From a bacterium (GTDB taxonomy: Bacteria > Babelota > Babeliae > Babelales > RVW-14): 41,426 bases of DNA. Under the pieces are notes generated by a model that was not told where the DNA came from, searched no databases, and saw nothing but the letters and a program-made list of their open reading frames with translations. The position numbers and the translations under genes were made by a program. The first letter of the stretch is position 1, and each line of letters opens with the position of its first letter. Positions 1-9,357 of the stretch are shown here, in pieces. Location: contig JBDRBF010000032.1 in assembly GCA_043822925.1 (NCBI GenBank), positions 1-41,426 of the forward strand, given 5' to 3'.

Positions 1-1
1 A

Positions 2-232
2 GGAACTCATACTCTTATGCTTCCAGGCGGCAGAACAAACGGATTATTTTACCAGTTCTCTAAACCAAAAGCGGGAATAGCTATTGGCGTTGCAGAATCA
101 TATATCGCCGCTGCAGCCAATTATAAACTAAACAAAATCCCAACAGTTTGTGCTTTTAGCACAGAAAATATATCGATAGTTAAAGATATCTTACAGGCCA
201 AATACCCAACGCATCAAATAGTTATTGTTTAA
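2..232 (+). CDS. TOPRIM primase-like protein, C-terminal part (5' partial; paralog of 9358..10347)
   Basis: Frame is open to the window edge. RTNGLFY..IGVAESYIAAA..IPTVCAFS..KYPTHQIVIV aligns with RTKELFY..IGIAESYATAA..IPTICAFS..KYPTSKIIIF of 9358..10347, but stops before the ADND motif. Confidence 0.7.
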   Translation, partial: GTHTLMLPGGRTNGLFYQFSKPKAGIAIGVAESYIAAAANYKLNKIPTVCAFSTENISIVKDILQAKYPTHQIVIV

Positions 233-330
233 ATAAAGAATCAAGCCCATAGACCCTTGATTTTCCCATTCTTTATTTTATAAACTAAGCCCATCTTAAA
301 TAATATTGGTTTGTAGAAAGGGTTATTTTT

Positions 331-876
331 ATGAAAACAGGATTCTTTATTTTTGCATTTAGCACCATTGCGTTACTATCAACTTCTTATTTTTTTTGGA
401 AAAAAAAATCTAACAATATAACGCCTCAATTAGATGAAAATTACAAAAAAGAACTTATCGATAAATTGATTATCGCCTTTGCTGATGAATGGATGGCAAG
501 TTATCAGTACTGGGTTGCCGCAAAACTCGTTCAAGACGCAAAAACCCCAAAAATTGCTGCTGAACTCACAGAACATTCCCAAGATGAAATGCGTCATGCC
601 AATCTTATTGCAAAACACTTAATTGAACTCGGCGGAGACTTCCGCATGTTCCCCCAAGATTGGCATAAAATCGGCAATTGCCATTATGATTCAATTACTG
701 ATGTTCACGCTATTTCAGTACTTAAAGAAAATATTAAAGGCGAACAATGCGCAATAGACTTTTACCAAGATCTTTTAAATATGAGCAAAGAAAAAGATAA
801 AAGAACATATGATATTGTTCTTGAAATTTTTAATGATGAAGTGAAACACAAGCAGGACTTAGAAAAGCTGCTATAA
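331..876 (+). CDS. Ferritin-like DPSL/bacterioferritin-type protein with N-terminal hydrophobic anchor
   Basis: DEW.A.YQYW, EH..DE..HA, E.CAI..Y and DE..H ferroxidase-type motifs; two Cys (GNCHY, EQCAI); hydrophobic residues 5-23. Confidence 0.8.
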   Translation: MKTGFFIFAFSTIALLSTSYFFWKKKSNNITPQLDENYKKELIDKLIIAFADEWMASYQYWVAAKLVQDAKTPKIAAELTEHSQDEMRHANLIAKHLIELGGDFRMFPQDWHKIGNCHYDSITDVHAISVLKENIKGEQCAIDFYQDLLNMSKEKDKRTYDIVLEIFNDEVKHKQDLEKLL

Positions 877-954
877 AAAACTTACGCCAAGCTCACCTGC
901 AAACACGCTTTTTTGATCACAGACGTTATCTGGGATCAAAGGCTAATAAGATCT

Positions 955-1848
955 TTATTTTTCAAAAATAACCGCGCTGCCGCATGCATGTTCTGGCAAA
1001 ACAACAATCCGGCCAGCATGTTCAACATACGGCACTTTTTTACGCCCCAACAATTCACGCACAACATCAAGATCAAGCACAGACACCGTAAAGCCAGCAA
1101 TCCTAAATAACGGTGATGGATAGCATCCCGGAATTATTTCATGAATAAATTTTGGAGCAATAATAATTATTTTAGAATCTCCCAATTTTATCGTATACAA
1201 ATTTCCCGCAAGCTCAAACTTATGCCCGGTATATTGCGCATATTTTTGAGCATGTTTTTCCGGTTCTTCGGTACATATAATAATTTCCGTAATACTTTGC
1301 ACACCATTACGATGGGTCATGTAACGCGGCTGAAGAACTAATTCTGGGGTTATATTCTGTGTGACGTGCATACTTATTTCAGCATTATGTGCTTCTGTAA
1401 GATCTATACTTTTAGTAGACATTAACTGCTGCTTACCATCTGGACTATTTACCATGCGTTCACTCGTTTCAATTGTAGCACACGCGGCATATTGCCTGAC
1501 AAGCCGTTCGCGAACAGCTTCGATATCTTCTGTCCCCAAATAGAGGCCGTGCAAACCGTCATACCGACTTGTAAACACGTCAATATCGTACAGGCCCCTT
1601 TGCTTTTTACTAATTTTATCCCACCGATTTTTATCGACGATACCGGTAAGTTCAAGATAGTTATTCTGAAATATCGCACATCTGGTCCCAACACCCAACA
1701 TCTCAGGCTTTGCGCCCGACTTTAAAACAACTTTGGGCATAAAAACAGGCGTTAGCACAAACCCCAACGCCTCATAACAATTTACCAACGTTTTCATGTC
1801 TGCTGTAACCAGACCAACGTGATGCAATATATTTATATCTTTGTTCAT
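955..1848 (-). CDS. VOC/glyoxalase-like domain protein
   Basis: N-terminal LHHVGLV..D, YEALGF, NYLEL; C-terminal AVIFE; tandem VOC pattern. Confidence 0.75.
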   Translation of the reverse strand: MNKDINILHHVGLVTADMKTLVNCYEALGFVLTPVFMPKVVLKSGAKPEMLGVGTRCAIFQNNYLELTGIVDKNRWDKISKKQRGLYDIDVFTSRYDGLHGLYLGTEDIEAVRERLVRQYAACATIETSERMVNSPDGKQQLMSTKSIDLTEAHNAEISMHVTQNITPELVLQPRYMTHRNGVQSITEIIICTEEPEKHAQKYAQYTGHKFELAGNLYTIKLGDSKIIIIAPKFIHEIIPGCYPSPLFRIAGFTVSVLDLDVVRELLGRKKVPYVEHAGRIVVLPEHACGSAVIFEK

Positions 1849-1856
1849 AGTTTTTT

Positions 1857-2213
1857 TTATTTTTTATTGAATACAAGATGTGGCTCTTGCCCTAATAATG
1901 CAAAAAGGCGCGCAACACTGGCAAGCGTTAGATTGGCAGCTCCCCTTTTGATTTTGGCAATATGCGCAGGACTAACATCCAAACGTTTTACAAGCTCATT
2001 AAAGCCAATATTTTGTTTTTTCATATAATCATTCATGGCATTTGTAATATCATTTTGTAATGATTTAAGAACCCTTACTTCCAACATTGCTTGCTGTTCA
2101 ATTTCTGCAATTTCTAATTTGGTAAGCCGTTTTTCAACTAATTTTTGAAAGCTCTTTGTTGTAAACTTCTTTGTCTCCATTTTCTTTTTCTCTGCTCCCA
2201 ATTTCTTTGCCAT
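1857..2213 (-). CDS. XRE-family HTH protein, HigA-like antitoxin (start could be 2180)
   Basis: C-terminal IGFNELVKRLDVSPAHIAKIKRGAANLTLASVARLF HTH; GGAGG-type RBS before ATG 2213. Confidence 0.75.
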   Translation of the reverse strand: MAKKLGAEKKKMETKKFTTKSFQKLVEKRLTKLEIAEIEQQAMLEVRVLKSLQNDITNAMNDYMKKQNIGFNELVKRLDVSPAHIAKIKRGAANLTLASVARLFALLGQEPHLVFNKK

Positions 2214-2215
2214 AT

Positions 2216-2251
2216 TCACTCCTCCCAATATTCGATGGCCCAATTCTTCAT
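2216..2251 (-). pseudogene. Possible N-terminal remnant of RelE/HigB-type toxin (MKNWAIEYWEE*)
   Basis: 11-codon ORF directly upstream of the HigA-like gene; W.IEYW resembles HigB/Gp49 N-termini. Confidence 0.3.
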
Positions 2252-2441
2252 AAAAAAATTTAACCTTATCTTAAAAGCTAATCTTCACAACTACTACATC
2301 ATAATATAGTACATTTTAATATAGCGATCAACGTTTTCTCGAGTACGCTAATACAAAAGACCCTTTTTTGGTTAAACTATCGATCGTACATGCTAACGTT
2401 ATGCCGAAAAGCATTCAATGAGAAAACATTAGGAAAACATA

Positions 2442-2792
2442 ATGCTCAATTTATCGTTAATACATACATACTTTGAATTCATAAAATCGGGCAGAAAAAC
2501 GATTGAAGGCCGAATCAATACCCCCAAATTTGAGAACCTCAAACCTGGGGACAAAATTATTTTCACGTCACACCAAACCCAGGAAACATTATCGTGTATC
2601 GTTACGCGCATCAATCGCTACGCTGACTTTGAATCTATGCTCAGATACGAAGGCGTAGAAAATTTGCTTCCCGATATCACAAATATCAAAACAGGCGTAC
2701 AGGTCTACGAAGCTCTTCCTGGGTATAAAGAAAAAGTAACAACATTCGGTGCCATCGCAATAACAATCACCTGTTCAAAAGATCAAGCGTAA
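2442..2792 (+). CDS. ASCH domain protein
   Basis: YFEFIKSGRKTIEGR (GxKxxExR), LKPGDKIIF. Confidence 0.88.
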   Translation: MLNLSLIHTYFEFIKSGRKTIEGRINTPKFENLKPGDKIIFTSHQTQETLSCIVTRINRYADFESMLRYEGVENLLPDITNIKTGVQVYEALPGYKEKVTTFGAIAITITCSKDQA

Positions 2793-2825
2793 ACCCAAGC
2801 TTCCCATATGGGTAACTACTTTTTT

Positions 2826-3323
2826 CTAGAGAGGATTTACGAGATTCAAAATTTTATCTACCGTTTGATCAACAGAAAGAAACGTTGTATCAATTTTTTC
2901 AGAATCAAGTTCACCGTATAACGAAATTCTTTCTATGCTTCTTTCTATTACTTCTTTATCCCGATTATCTTTCGATAGCCGTTTTCTTAGTTCCTCTGGA
3001 GTGCAATACAAAGTAATAGTTACCATATCAAAATCGAGATTTTTTAAATTTTTAAAAAGAGCATCAAAAATTGATTGCTCATGCAAAACCCAGCTTAAAA
3101 TAACATACTGTGAGCTAGAATTATTTAAAAAATTATTCAAAATGTACGTAATATTTTGTATTACCATATCTTTGTTTTCATCAGTAAATTTCCATGGATT
3201 CATCATCCAGCACCAGTCACCATCAAGCCAAAAAGAGTTTTGCAACTTTGTTTGCAGCTTTTCGCACACAGTTGTTTTGCCTACGCCCATTGTTCCGTTA
3301 ATGATAATCAAATTTTTCTTCAT
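2826..3323 (-). CDS. P-loop nucleotide kinase-like AAA family protein
   Basis: LIIINGTMGVGKTT Walker A, WLDGDWCW, KIDTT. Confidence 0.8.
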   Translation of the reverse strand: MKKNLIIINGTMGVGKTTVCEKLQTKLQNSFWLDGDWCWMMNPWKFTDENKDMVIQNITYILNNFLNNSSSQYVILSWVLHEQSIFDALFKNLKNLDFDMVTITLYCTPEELRKRLSKDNRDKEVIERSIERISLYGELDSEKIDTTFLSVDQTVDKILNLVNPL

Positions 3324-3336
3324 GTATTTTTCCCAA

Positions 3337-4509
3337 CTAAGATTTTTTGAATAACGTATCAATCGATTGCCAACTTACAACAGCATTATGAGCGCGCATT
3401 TGTTCGGCTGAACCAGCAAAAACAACAGAACCAGGCGTATTTTTTTCATGTGCCAGTTTATCCCAATAATTAAGCCCATCAAGAAAACGTGTATTAAATG
3501 TTCTACTCGATTTGATCTCTATCGGTTTAAGCTTTTGGCCGTCTTCAATAATACAATCAACTTCATGTTCTGTTTTATCACGCCAAAAATATACACGTGG
3601 ATCTGTGCCCTTATTATAATAATGCTTTAAAATGTCAGAAATTATAAACGACTCAAAAATGTTGCCTTTATTGGGGTGGGTTGCCAAATCTTCTTCTTTA
3701 ATCTGAAGCAGTGAACAAATAAGCCCTGGGTCGTAAAAATAAAGCTTAGCTGATTTTACAATGCGTTTGCCCCAATTTTCATGGTATGGGCGCAGGAGAA
3801 AGATAATATAACTTGTTTCCAAAATACTCAACCAACGTTTAACCGTCGCATCGCTCACGTTAGCATCATTACTCAGCGCAGAAAAATTAACCAGTTGACC
3901 AACACGCACCGCACATAACTTAATAAATGTTTGAAATGCAGCTAGATCACCAACATTAGTAAGCTGGCGCACGTCACGTTCAATATATGTTTGTAGATAA
4001 TTTTTATAGAGTTTTTCTGCAGGAATTTTTTCTGAATAAATTGCTGGATAGCAACCCTGATAGAGCATAGGCTCAATTTCAGCCGGCAAATAGTTACTCT
4101 CTTTAAGTTCTGTAATTGATAGTGGCAAAAGCGTATGAAGCGAAATTCTTCCAGCAAGCGATTGCGTAATAGCCTCGTTCATCAAAAAATTTTGCGATCC
4201 GATTAAAATGAAAAAACCACGTTTTTTATCTTGATCAACAATCGTTTGGATGTATGACAACAATTCGGGCACGTACTGAAATTCATCGATAATCATCCCA
4301 TGCTCATTCCGGTTGGCCAGCAAAAACGTTCTTGGGTCGTTTTTTGCCGCCGCCCGTAAATCCAAATCTTCCAGAGATAGATAGACATGATCTTTAAATA
4401 AATCCCGCGCCAACGTTGTTTTCCCTGATTGCCGTGGGCCTAAAATGCCAACGACCGGAAAATAACGCGCACCTTCAATAATATCAGCAGTAATTTCACG
4501 TTTTATCAT
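3337..4509 (-). CDS. AAA_14 ATPase-DUF4143 protein (copy 1)
   Basis: GPRQSGKTT, IIDEFQ, GSQ, SLAGR, YIERDV, KLYFYDPGL, FWRD..EVD..PIEIK (PD-(D/E)xK-like). Confidence 0.9.
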   Translation of the reverse strand: MIKREITADIIEGARYFPVVGILGPRQSGKTTLARDLFKDHVYLSLEDLDLRAAAKNDPRTFLLANRNEHGMIIDEFQYVPELLSYIQTIVDQDKKRGFFILIGSQNFLMNEAITQSLAGRISLHTLLPLSITELKESNYLPAEIEPMLYQGCYPAIYSEKIPAEKLYKNYLQTYIERDVRQLTNVGDLAAFQTFIKLCAVRVGQLVNFSALSNDANVSDATVKRWLSILETSYIIFLLRPYHENWGKRIVKSAKLYFYDPGLICSLLQIKEEDLATHPNKGNIFESFIISDILKHYYNKGTDPRVYFWRDKTEHEVDCIIEDGQKLKPIEIKSSRTFNTRFLDGLNYWDKLAHEKNTPGSVVFAGSAEQMRAHNAVVSWQSIDTLFKKS

Positions 4510-4555
4510 AACTAATCTCCTTGAGTCTCGCTTTAGAAAGGGGCTAAGATAACTA

Positions 4556-4592
4556 TTGGACAAATTCTACATTGAATGTCGAAATTGTCCAA
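4556..4592 (-). promoter_or_regulatory. 37-bp imperfect palindrome containing TTGGAC-N17-TAGAAT promoter of DUF4143 copy 1
   Basis: Arms ttggacaaattctacatt / aatgtcgaaattgtccaa are complementary at 16/18 positions. Confidence 0.6.
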
Positions 4593-4651
4593 TTTGGCAG
4601 AAAAAGTTTAATATCCGATAAAAAGCATAGACTATTCTTTAGACGTTTACT

Positions 4652-4763
4652 TGAATTTCGACCATGGGTTAGTTATGCTAAGTCTGAATTTCGACCAGTA
4701 ACAAGCCAAATTATGTCTGAATTTCGACCATGACGAAGCTATAATATCTCTGAATTTTAACCA
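4652..4763 (+). repeat. Four 13-bp direct repeats (TGAATTTCGACCA) with 20-bp spacers, exact 33-bp period
   Basis: Copies start at 4652, 4685, 4718 (identical) and 4751 (TGAATTTTAACCA); they overlap TTGAAT-N17-TATGCT and CTGAAT-N17-TATAAT. Confidence 0.9.
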
Positions 4764-4797
4764 CCCGCCTTCGCCAGCATGGCTTGGGCGCGGCAAG
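4764..4797. repeat. GC-rich REP-like palindromic element
   Basis: cccgccttcgccagcatggcttgggcgcggcaag: GC-rich imperfect hairpin in an AT-rich intergenic region. Confidence 0.4.
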
Positions 4798-4811
4798 TAG
4801 GAGAATGAAAA

Positions 4812-6173
4812 ATGAAACGTTTTGTAGATTATTTTTTACATAAATGGAAAACAAGCCCCTTACGCAAACCTCTTTTGCTTCGCGGTGCACGGCAAGTAGG
4901 CAAAACATATTCAGTACGCGAATTTGGTAAAACATTTACATCATTTGTTGAATTAAATCTTGAGCTTCACCCAGAAGCGCGGGAAATTTTTGAAAAAAAT
5001 CTTGATCCGCAGATTATTATTCGAAAAATTTTTGTTCTGACAAATAAGCCTATTGTTCCGGGACAGACACTTCTTTTTCTTGATGAAATTCAATTAGTGC
5101 CTAACGCTATTATAGCATTGCGCTATTTTTATGAAATGATGCCAGAATTACATGTTATTGCCGCGGGATCACTTTTAGATTTTGCAATTAAAACAGTAGG
5201 TATGCCGGTTGGAAGAGTTTCTTCTTTAAGTATGTATCCGGTATCGTTTATGGAGTTTTTAAATGCGATTGGATCTCCGGTAATTATTGAAGAAATTTTA
5301 TCACATAACCCAAAAGATGAGATATCTAAAGTTTTTCATGACAAATTTCTTGATTTGCTTGGCCAGTACTTAGCAATAGGGGGCATGCCTCAAACAGTCG
5401 ATTGTTGGTGTAAAATGCAGGATATACATGCTTGCTCAGAAATACCACATGCGCTCATAAGAACTTATAAGCAAGATTTTGAGAAGTATGCCCAGAAATA
5501 TCAAATAAAATATCTTAATGCACTTTTTACCAATATACCGCACCAACTGGGTGGGAAATTTAAGTATAGTGAGATTGAGGGCGAATACAGAAAGCGTGAG
5601 CTTGCGCCATGTCTTGATCTTTTGCTTACAGCTAATATTGCGCACAAAGTAATGCGAACGGGGGCACAGGGCTTACCGGTAGGGGCTCAAGCCGACCTGC
5701 AGACATTTAAAATATTGTTTATTGACGTGGCATTATCGCAATTTATTTTGGGGCTTAAAACAGGAGCATGGATATTGAAGCCACTGGAAGAATTTGTAAA
5801 TAAAGGAGAACTTGTTGAGGCTTTTGTAGGGCAAGAACTTATTGCTTATGAGCACCCTATGAAAGAAGCGCAACTTTATTATTGGCAAAAAGAGACGCGT
5901 GGCGCAGAGGCTGAGATAGACTATGTTATTCAACAAGAAACCGATATTGTGCCCATAGAAGTAAAAAGTGGCAAGGGCACTGCGATGAGAAGTATGAAGA
6001 CGTTTTTAGAAACGCATCCTGAATCGACATATGGCATTCGTTTTTCTACCAATAATTATTCTGTGTATGAGCAGATTCACTCATACCCCTTGTATGCTGT
6101 TGCCAAAATAATTGCTGAGGCTGATCAAGATGTAAAAGCTGCGCTTATATTTTTATCTCAGAATAAAAATTAA
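4812..6173 (+). CDS. AAA_14 ATPase-DUF4143 protein (copy 2)
   Basis: GARQVGKT, LFLDEIQ, AAGSLL, GGMP, YYW..AEIDY..PIEVKSG; AGGAG RBS. Confidence 0.9.
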   Translation: MKRFVDYFLHKWKTSPLRKPLLLRGARQVGKTYSVREFGKTFTSFVELNLELHPEAREIFEKNLDPQIIIRKIFVLTNKPIVPGQTLLFLDEIQLVPNAIIALRYFYEMMPELHVIAAGSLLDFAIKTVGMPVGRVSSLSMYPVSFMEFLNAIGSPVIIEEILSHNPKDEISKVFHDKFLDLLGQYLAIGGMPQTVDCWCKMQDIHACSEIPHALIRTYKQDFEKYAQKYQIKYLNALFTNIPHQLGGKFKYSEIEGEYRKRELAPCLDLLLTANIAHKVMRTGAQGLPVGAQADLQTFKILFIDVALSQFILGLKTGAWILKPLEEFVNKGELVEAFVGQELIAYEHPMKEAQLYYWQKETRGAEAEIDYVIQQETDIVPIEVKSGKGTAMRSMKTFLETHPESTYGIRFSTNNYSVYEQIHSYPLYAVAKIIAEADQDVKAALIFLSQNKN

Positions 6174-6181
6174 GGATATTT

Positions 6182-7045
6182 ATGAGCAAAAACCGGATCT
6201 CAATAAGCTTATTATTAATACTTGCTTGTTACGCTCCCCATATTTTCCCGCAAAAACCAGAACCCATAACGCACCAAGAGATACAAACTATAAATCTAAA
6301 CACGGCAAGCCATCGCCTACAAGCACTAGCCAAACTTCAAGCTGCTTATCCAGATCATATCAAAAGCATATGTGAAGATAATATTACGTGGACCGATGGA
6401 ACATGTATGCAACTTAATACATCAGATGCCCCAAAAACTATTGCAGAAAAACTCAGCAACCCAACACTAACAGACCAACTCGAACAAGTTTTTTACATAC
6501 CAGGCAAGCCTACGGGAAACCCAAACACAGACCCTGGGCGCGTTCGATACGAACCATTTTTTAGAAAAATGTATGGCAATAGCCCCGAAGAAGTAGAAAA
6601 AAATCTCGAATTAATTTTCTGGATGCCCAATCTTTTTGGCCCCACAACATACCCACTGCAAGTGACAAAAATAAATAATATTCATGAACAAATTAAGCAC
6701 ATATCTGAAGAGCTAGAAATATTAGTTTTACTCAAACCTGAATACGTTATTTTTTTACAAAACCCGGGCGGCACGTTTGTTTGGAGAAACATAGCAGGCA
6801 CAAATCGCCTGAGCAATCATAGTTTTGGTATGACAATCGATATTAATGCTGATCTCTCTGAATATTGGCAATGGGACCTAAAAAAAGCACAGCTTCCAGT
6901 CACCGAAGATGCTTTGCTAACCTATCGTAATAGCATCCCGTGGGAAATTGTTGAAATATTTGAAAAGTATGGCTTTATCTGGGGAGGCAAGTGGCTCCAT
7001 TACGATACTATGCACTTTGAATATCGCCCTGAATTAATAGAATAA
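6182..7045 (+). CDS. Secreted M15-family metallopeptidase (peptidoglycan peptidase)
   Basis: Signal peptide; WRNIAGT.RLSNHSFG.TIDIN (SxHxxGxxxD); WGGKW.HYDTMHFEY. Confidence 0.85.
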   Translation: MSKNRISISLLLILACYAPHIFPQKPEPITHQEIQTINLNTASHRLQALAKLQAAYPDHIKSICEDNITWTDGTCMQLNTSDAPKTIAEKLSNPTLTDQLEQVFYIPGKPTGNPNTDPGRVRYEPFFRKMYGNSPEEVEKNLELIFWMPNLFGPTTYPLQVTKINNIHEQIKHISEELEILVLLKPEYVIFLQNPGGTFVWRNIAGTNRLSNHSFGMTIDINADLSEYWQWDLKKAQLPVTEDALLTYRNSIPWEIVEIFEKYGFIWGGKWLHYDTMHFEYRPELIE

Positions 7046-7063
7046 AAAAAGAGAAAGAAGATT

Positions 7064-7918
7064 ATGACGAACAAAACACCAAAAATATTATTAAGCTCGC
7101 TTGTTCTGGTAATAATTTGTTTCTGCGCATGTAATGACATGTATCAAACAGATGATAAATTATTAAAAACAAGTGACGTACAACAAAAAAGCGCGCAAAC
7201 AAACAACACAAAACAAACGTATTTTATCCAGTTCATATGGGATTGTGTTGGAATTACCAAACTACGAGAAGCTCTACCAGAAATCGTTAAAAATATTTTG
7301 CACGAAGAGCTTGAAATAGAAGAAAAAGAAATAGAGCAAAAAAGACTTTTCTTAAAAAAAGAATTCCAACCACTTTCGCTTTATTATCTAAACGAGATGT
7401 ATGAACAAGGCGAAAATATACTTATAACTTCTCTCGAAAAAACACAAAAAACAAACAATATTATAGCACCAAAAAACATAGCAATCGAACCACAAGTACA
7501 TTTTTTTGGAGAATGGAACGATGAACTTGTAATCAGAGTAAACGACCCGCAAAAAGAATTAACACAGCTGCGCATGCTCATGAAAGAAACAGCAGAAGAA
7601 GCTCAAGCAACTTACAAGCATGAATATAACGAAGCGTTATATGATAAAGCAAAAAGTGAAAGCTTTGACTTTGTGCCCCATATTGGGCTTGGGCGCCTAC
7701 GATCACATTCAATTAAACAACTTATAAAAAAACAAGATCAAGCTGATAAAATATTAGAGCTTATTAAAGAACGTATTAGAACAGCAACGCTCAAGCTAAT
7801 TGAAAAAACAGTTACGCCAGAAAACAATAAAATTACCTGCACCAAACTAATTATATTTAATTTATCAAAACGTAAAGCGATCAAAGAGTACGCAATCAAA
7901 GACAAATTAAATTCTTAA
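7064..7918 (+). CDS. Exported protein, possible degenerate 2H phosphoesterase
   Basis: Signal/lipobox-like N-terminus; FVPHIGLGR resembles the second 2H motif FxPHITLGR; first motif lacks His. Confidence 0.45.
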   Translation: MTNKTPKILLSSLVLVIICFCACNDMYQTDDKLLKTSDVQQKSAQTNNTKQTYFIQFIWDCVGITKLREALPEIVKNILHEELEIEEKEIEQKRLFLKKEFQPLSLYYLNEMYEQGENILITSLEKTQKTNNIIAPKNIAIEPQVHFFGEWNDELVIRVNDPQKELTQLRMLMKETAEEAQATYKHEYNEALYDKAKSESFDFVPHIGLGRLRSHSIKQLIKKQDQADKILELIKERIRTATLKLIEKTVTPENNKITCTKLIIFNLSKRKAIKEYAIKDKLNS

Positions 7919-7924
7919 AAACAA

Positions 7925-7956
7925 AGCCGGGCAATATACAAAAATATTGCCCGGCT
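7925..7956. terminator. Hairpin between convergent genes
   Basis: agccgggcaatat-acaaaa-atattgcccggct, perfect 13-bp stem. Confidence 0.75.
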
Positions 7957-7981
7957 AAAAATATAATACTTATATTAATGC

Positions 7982-9055
7982 TTATTTATCGTTTTCGTCT
8001 TCGCCTTCTTCTTCAAAACGAATATTCGATTCTGGAATTTTTGTCTCAACACATTCTTTAAACTTCTCATGTAACTGAATAATAATATTTGTAACAGAAA
8101 ATTCTATGTTTTCAGCCAGCTTTTTATTTGGATACTCATCACTACGCACAAGACAGTCATAAAAAGCTCTTGGTAGCAAAGAATATTCTTGATCAGGATT
8201 CCCATCTATAGCTATGCCCATAAGAGTCATTATACAATCGGTAGCTTGTTCTTTTCTTCGTACAACTATTGCTGAATCATCTGTTGTTGGACTTAGTTGA
8301 GACGAAGTATTAAGCGCTTTTTTAAACTTCGAAACAGAAATATTACCTAAAGAATTTCTTCTATGTAGAGTAAAATCAGCTTTTATCATTTTCGCGAAAC
8401 AACTTACAACATGACCGACTTTTCGCTCTTCTTCCTTTTTTTTCAAAGCATTACGCACACGAACTCGTTCAATTATTGTCTCAAAATCGCAATACAAAAA
8501 TACGCTTAAAAAACGATGGCTAAATTGCTTAAGATCAACGTTAGTATCTCCATCCTTCTTGAATAATTGTATAAGAAATTCTTCTAAATAACCTTCTTCT
8601 TCATCAAATACAACATCAAGAACAACGTTAACACCTTTATCAAGACGTTTTTTTATGCCTTTAATTAACACAAAATACGCAGGAGACAGACGTCTATTTT
8701 TATATTTTTTTTGTAAACCAAACCAATACTTTTTACCTCGACTACTAACTTTTCCCGCTATTTTGGCATTTACTTCATCAAGAGATAAACTTTTCCACTT
8801 ACCGCCATACTCTTTGTCTTCAGGGAGCTTTTTTAAAAGAGCATCTGTAATCAAACTTTTACCGCACGATGATGGACCGGCAACAATAATTAATTTACCG
8901 CGACCTGAAACACCAGTCTCTTCTTTCTCTTCTTCTTGTTGATCTATAAAGCTAAAGTCGAATTTCTCCATTTTCTCCATACTCGAAAGCATGCCTATAG
9001 ACATTAAAGAAATTACCAACGAAGTAAGTATCAACTTTTTAAAATATTTTTTCAT
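7982..9055 (-). CDS. Secreted P-loop kinase (chloramphenicol phosphotransferase/AAA_33-like)
   Basis: Signal peptide; IIVAGPSSCGKS Walker A; GVNVVLD; VFLYC....ERV..R lid. Confidence 0.65.
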   Translation of the reverse strand: MKKYFKKLILTSLVISLMSIGMLSSMEKMEKFDFSFIDQQEEEKEETGVSGRGKLIIVAGPSSCGKSLITDALLKKLPEDKEYGGKWKSLSLDEVNAKIAGKVSSRGKKYWFGLQKKYKNRRLSPAYFVLIKGIKKRLDKGVNVVLDVVFDEEEGYLEEFLIQLFKKDGDTNVDLKQFSHRFLSVFLYCDFETIIERVRVRNALKKKEEERKVGHVVSCFAKMIKADFTLHRRNSLGNISVSKFKKALNTSSQLSPTTDDSAIVVRRKEQATDCIMTLMGIAIDGNPDQEYSLLPRAFYDCLVRSDEYPNKKLAENIEFSVTNIIIQLHEKFKECVETKIPESNIRFEEEGEDENDK

Positions 9056-9357
9056 GATTAAAACCCCTCAAATACAGGACAATTAAAATTACAAAACTCC
9101 ATTCTTAGAACAATAAAAGTACAAAACAAATTGCAGATAGGAACAAGATTAACACAAAAAGAAGTGTTAGGCTAGCGTTTTTGCCAATTTGGCTCTGAAA
9201 AAGAACCTAAATAGCGCTGTATTTTGACATAACTGGTCTTTTTACCAAGACGCAAGTAAACTTATTGTCCGGGCAAGTGGCCCGCGCAACCTAAAAAACT
9301 AGAAAAAAAGCTAAAAACCGTCTGTATCAACTAAAACCAAGCTATAAGGGACAACTC

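Noticed and set aside
4652-4763. CRISPR array
   Set aside because: Repeat (13 bp) and spacers (20 bp) are too short, there are no cas genes, and the repeats coincide with promoter elements.
4711-4935. 74-aa minus-strand ORF
   Set aside because: Shadow of the DUF4143 gene start, the REP-like element and the repeats.
9290-9340. CTAAAA repeats upstream of the primase as iterons
   Set aside because: Short, A-rich and irregular; expected by chance at this composition.
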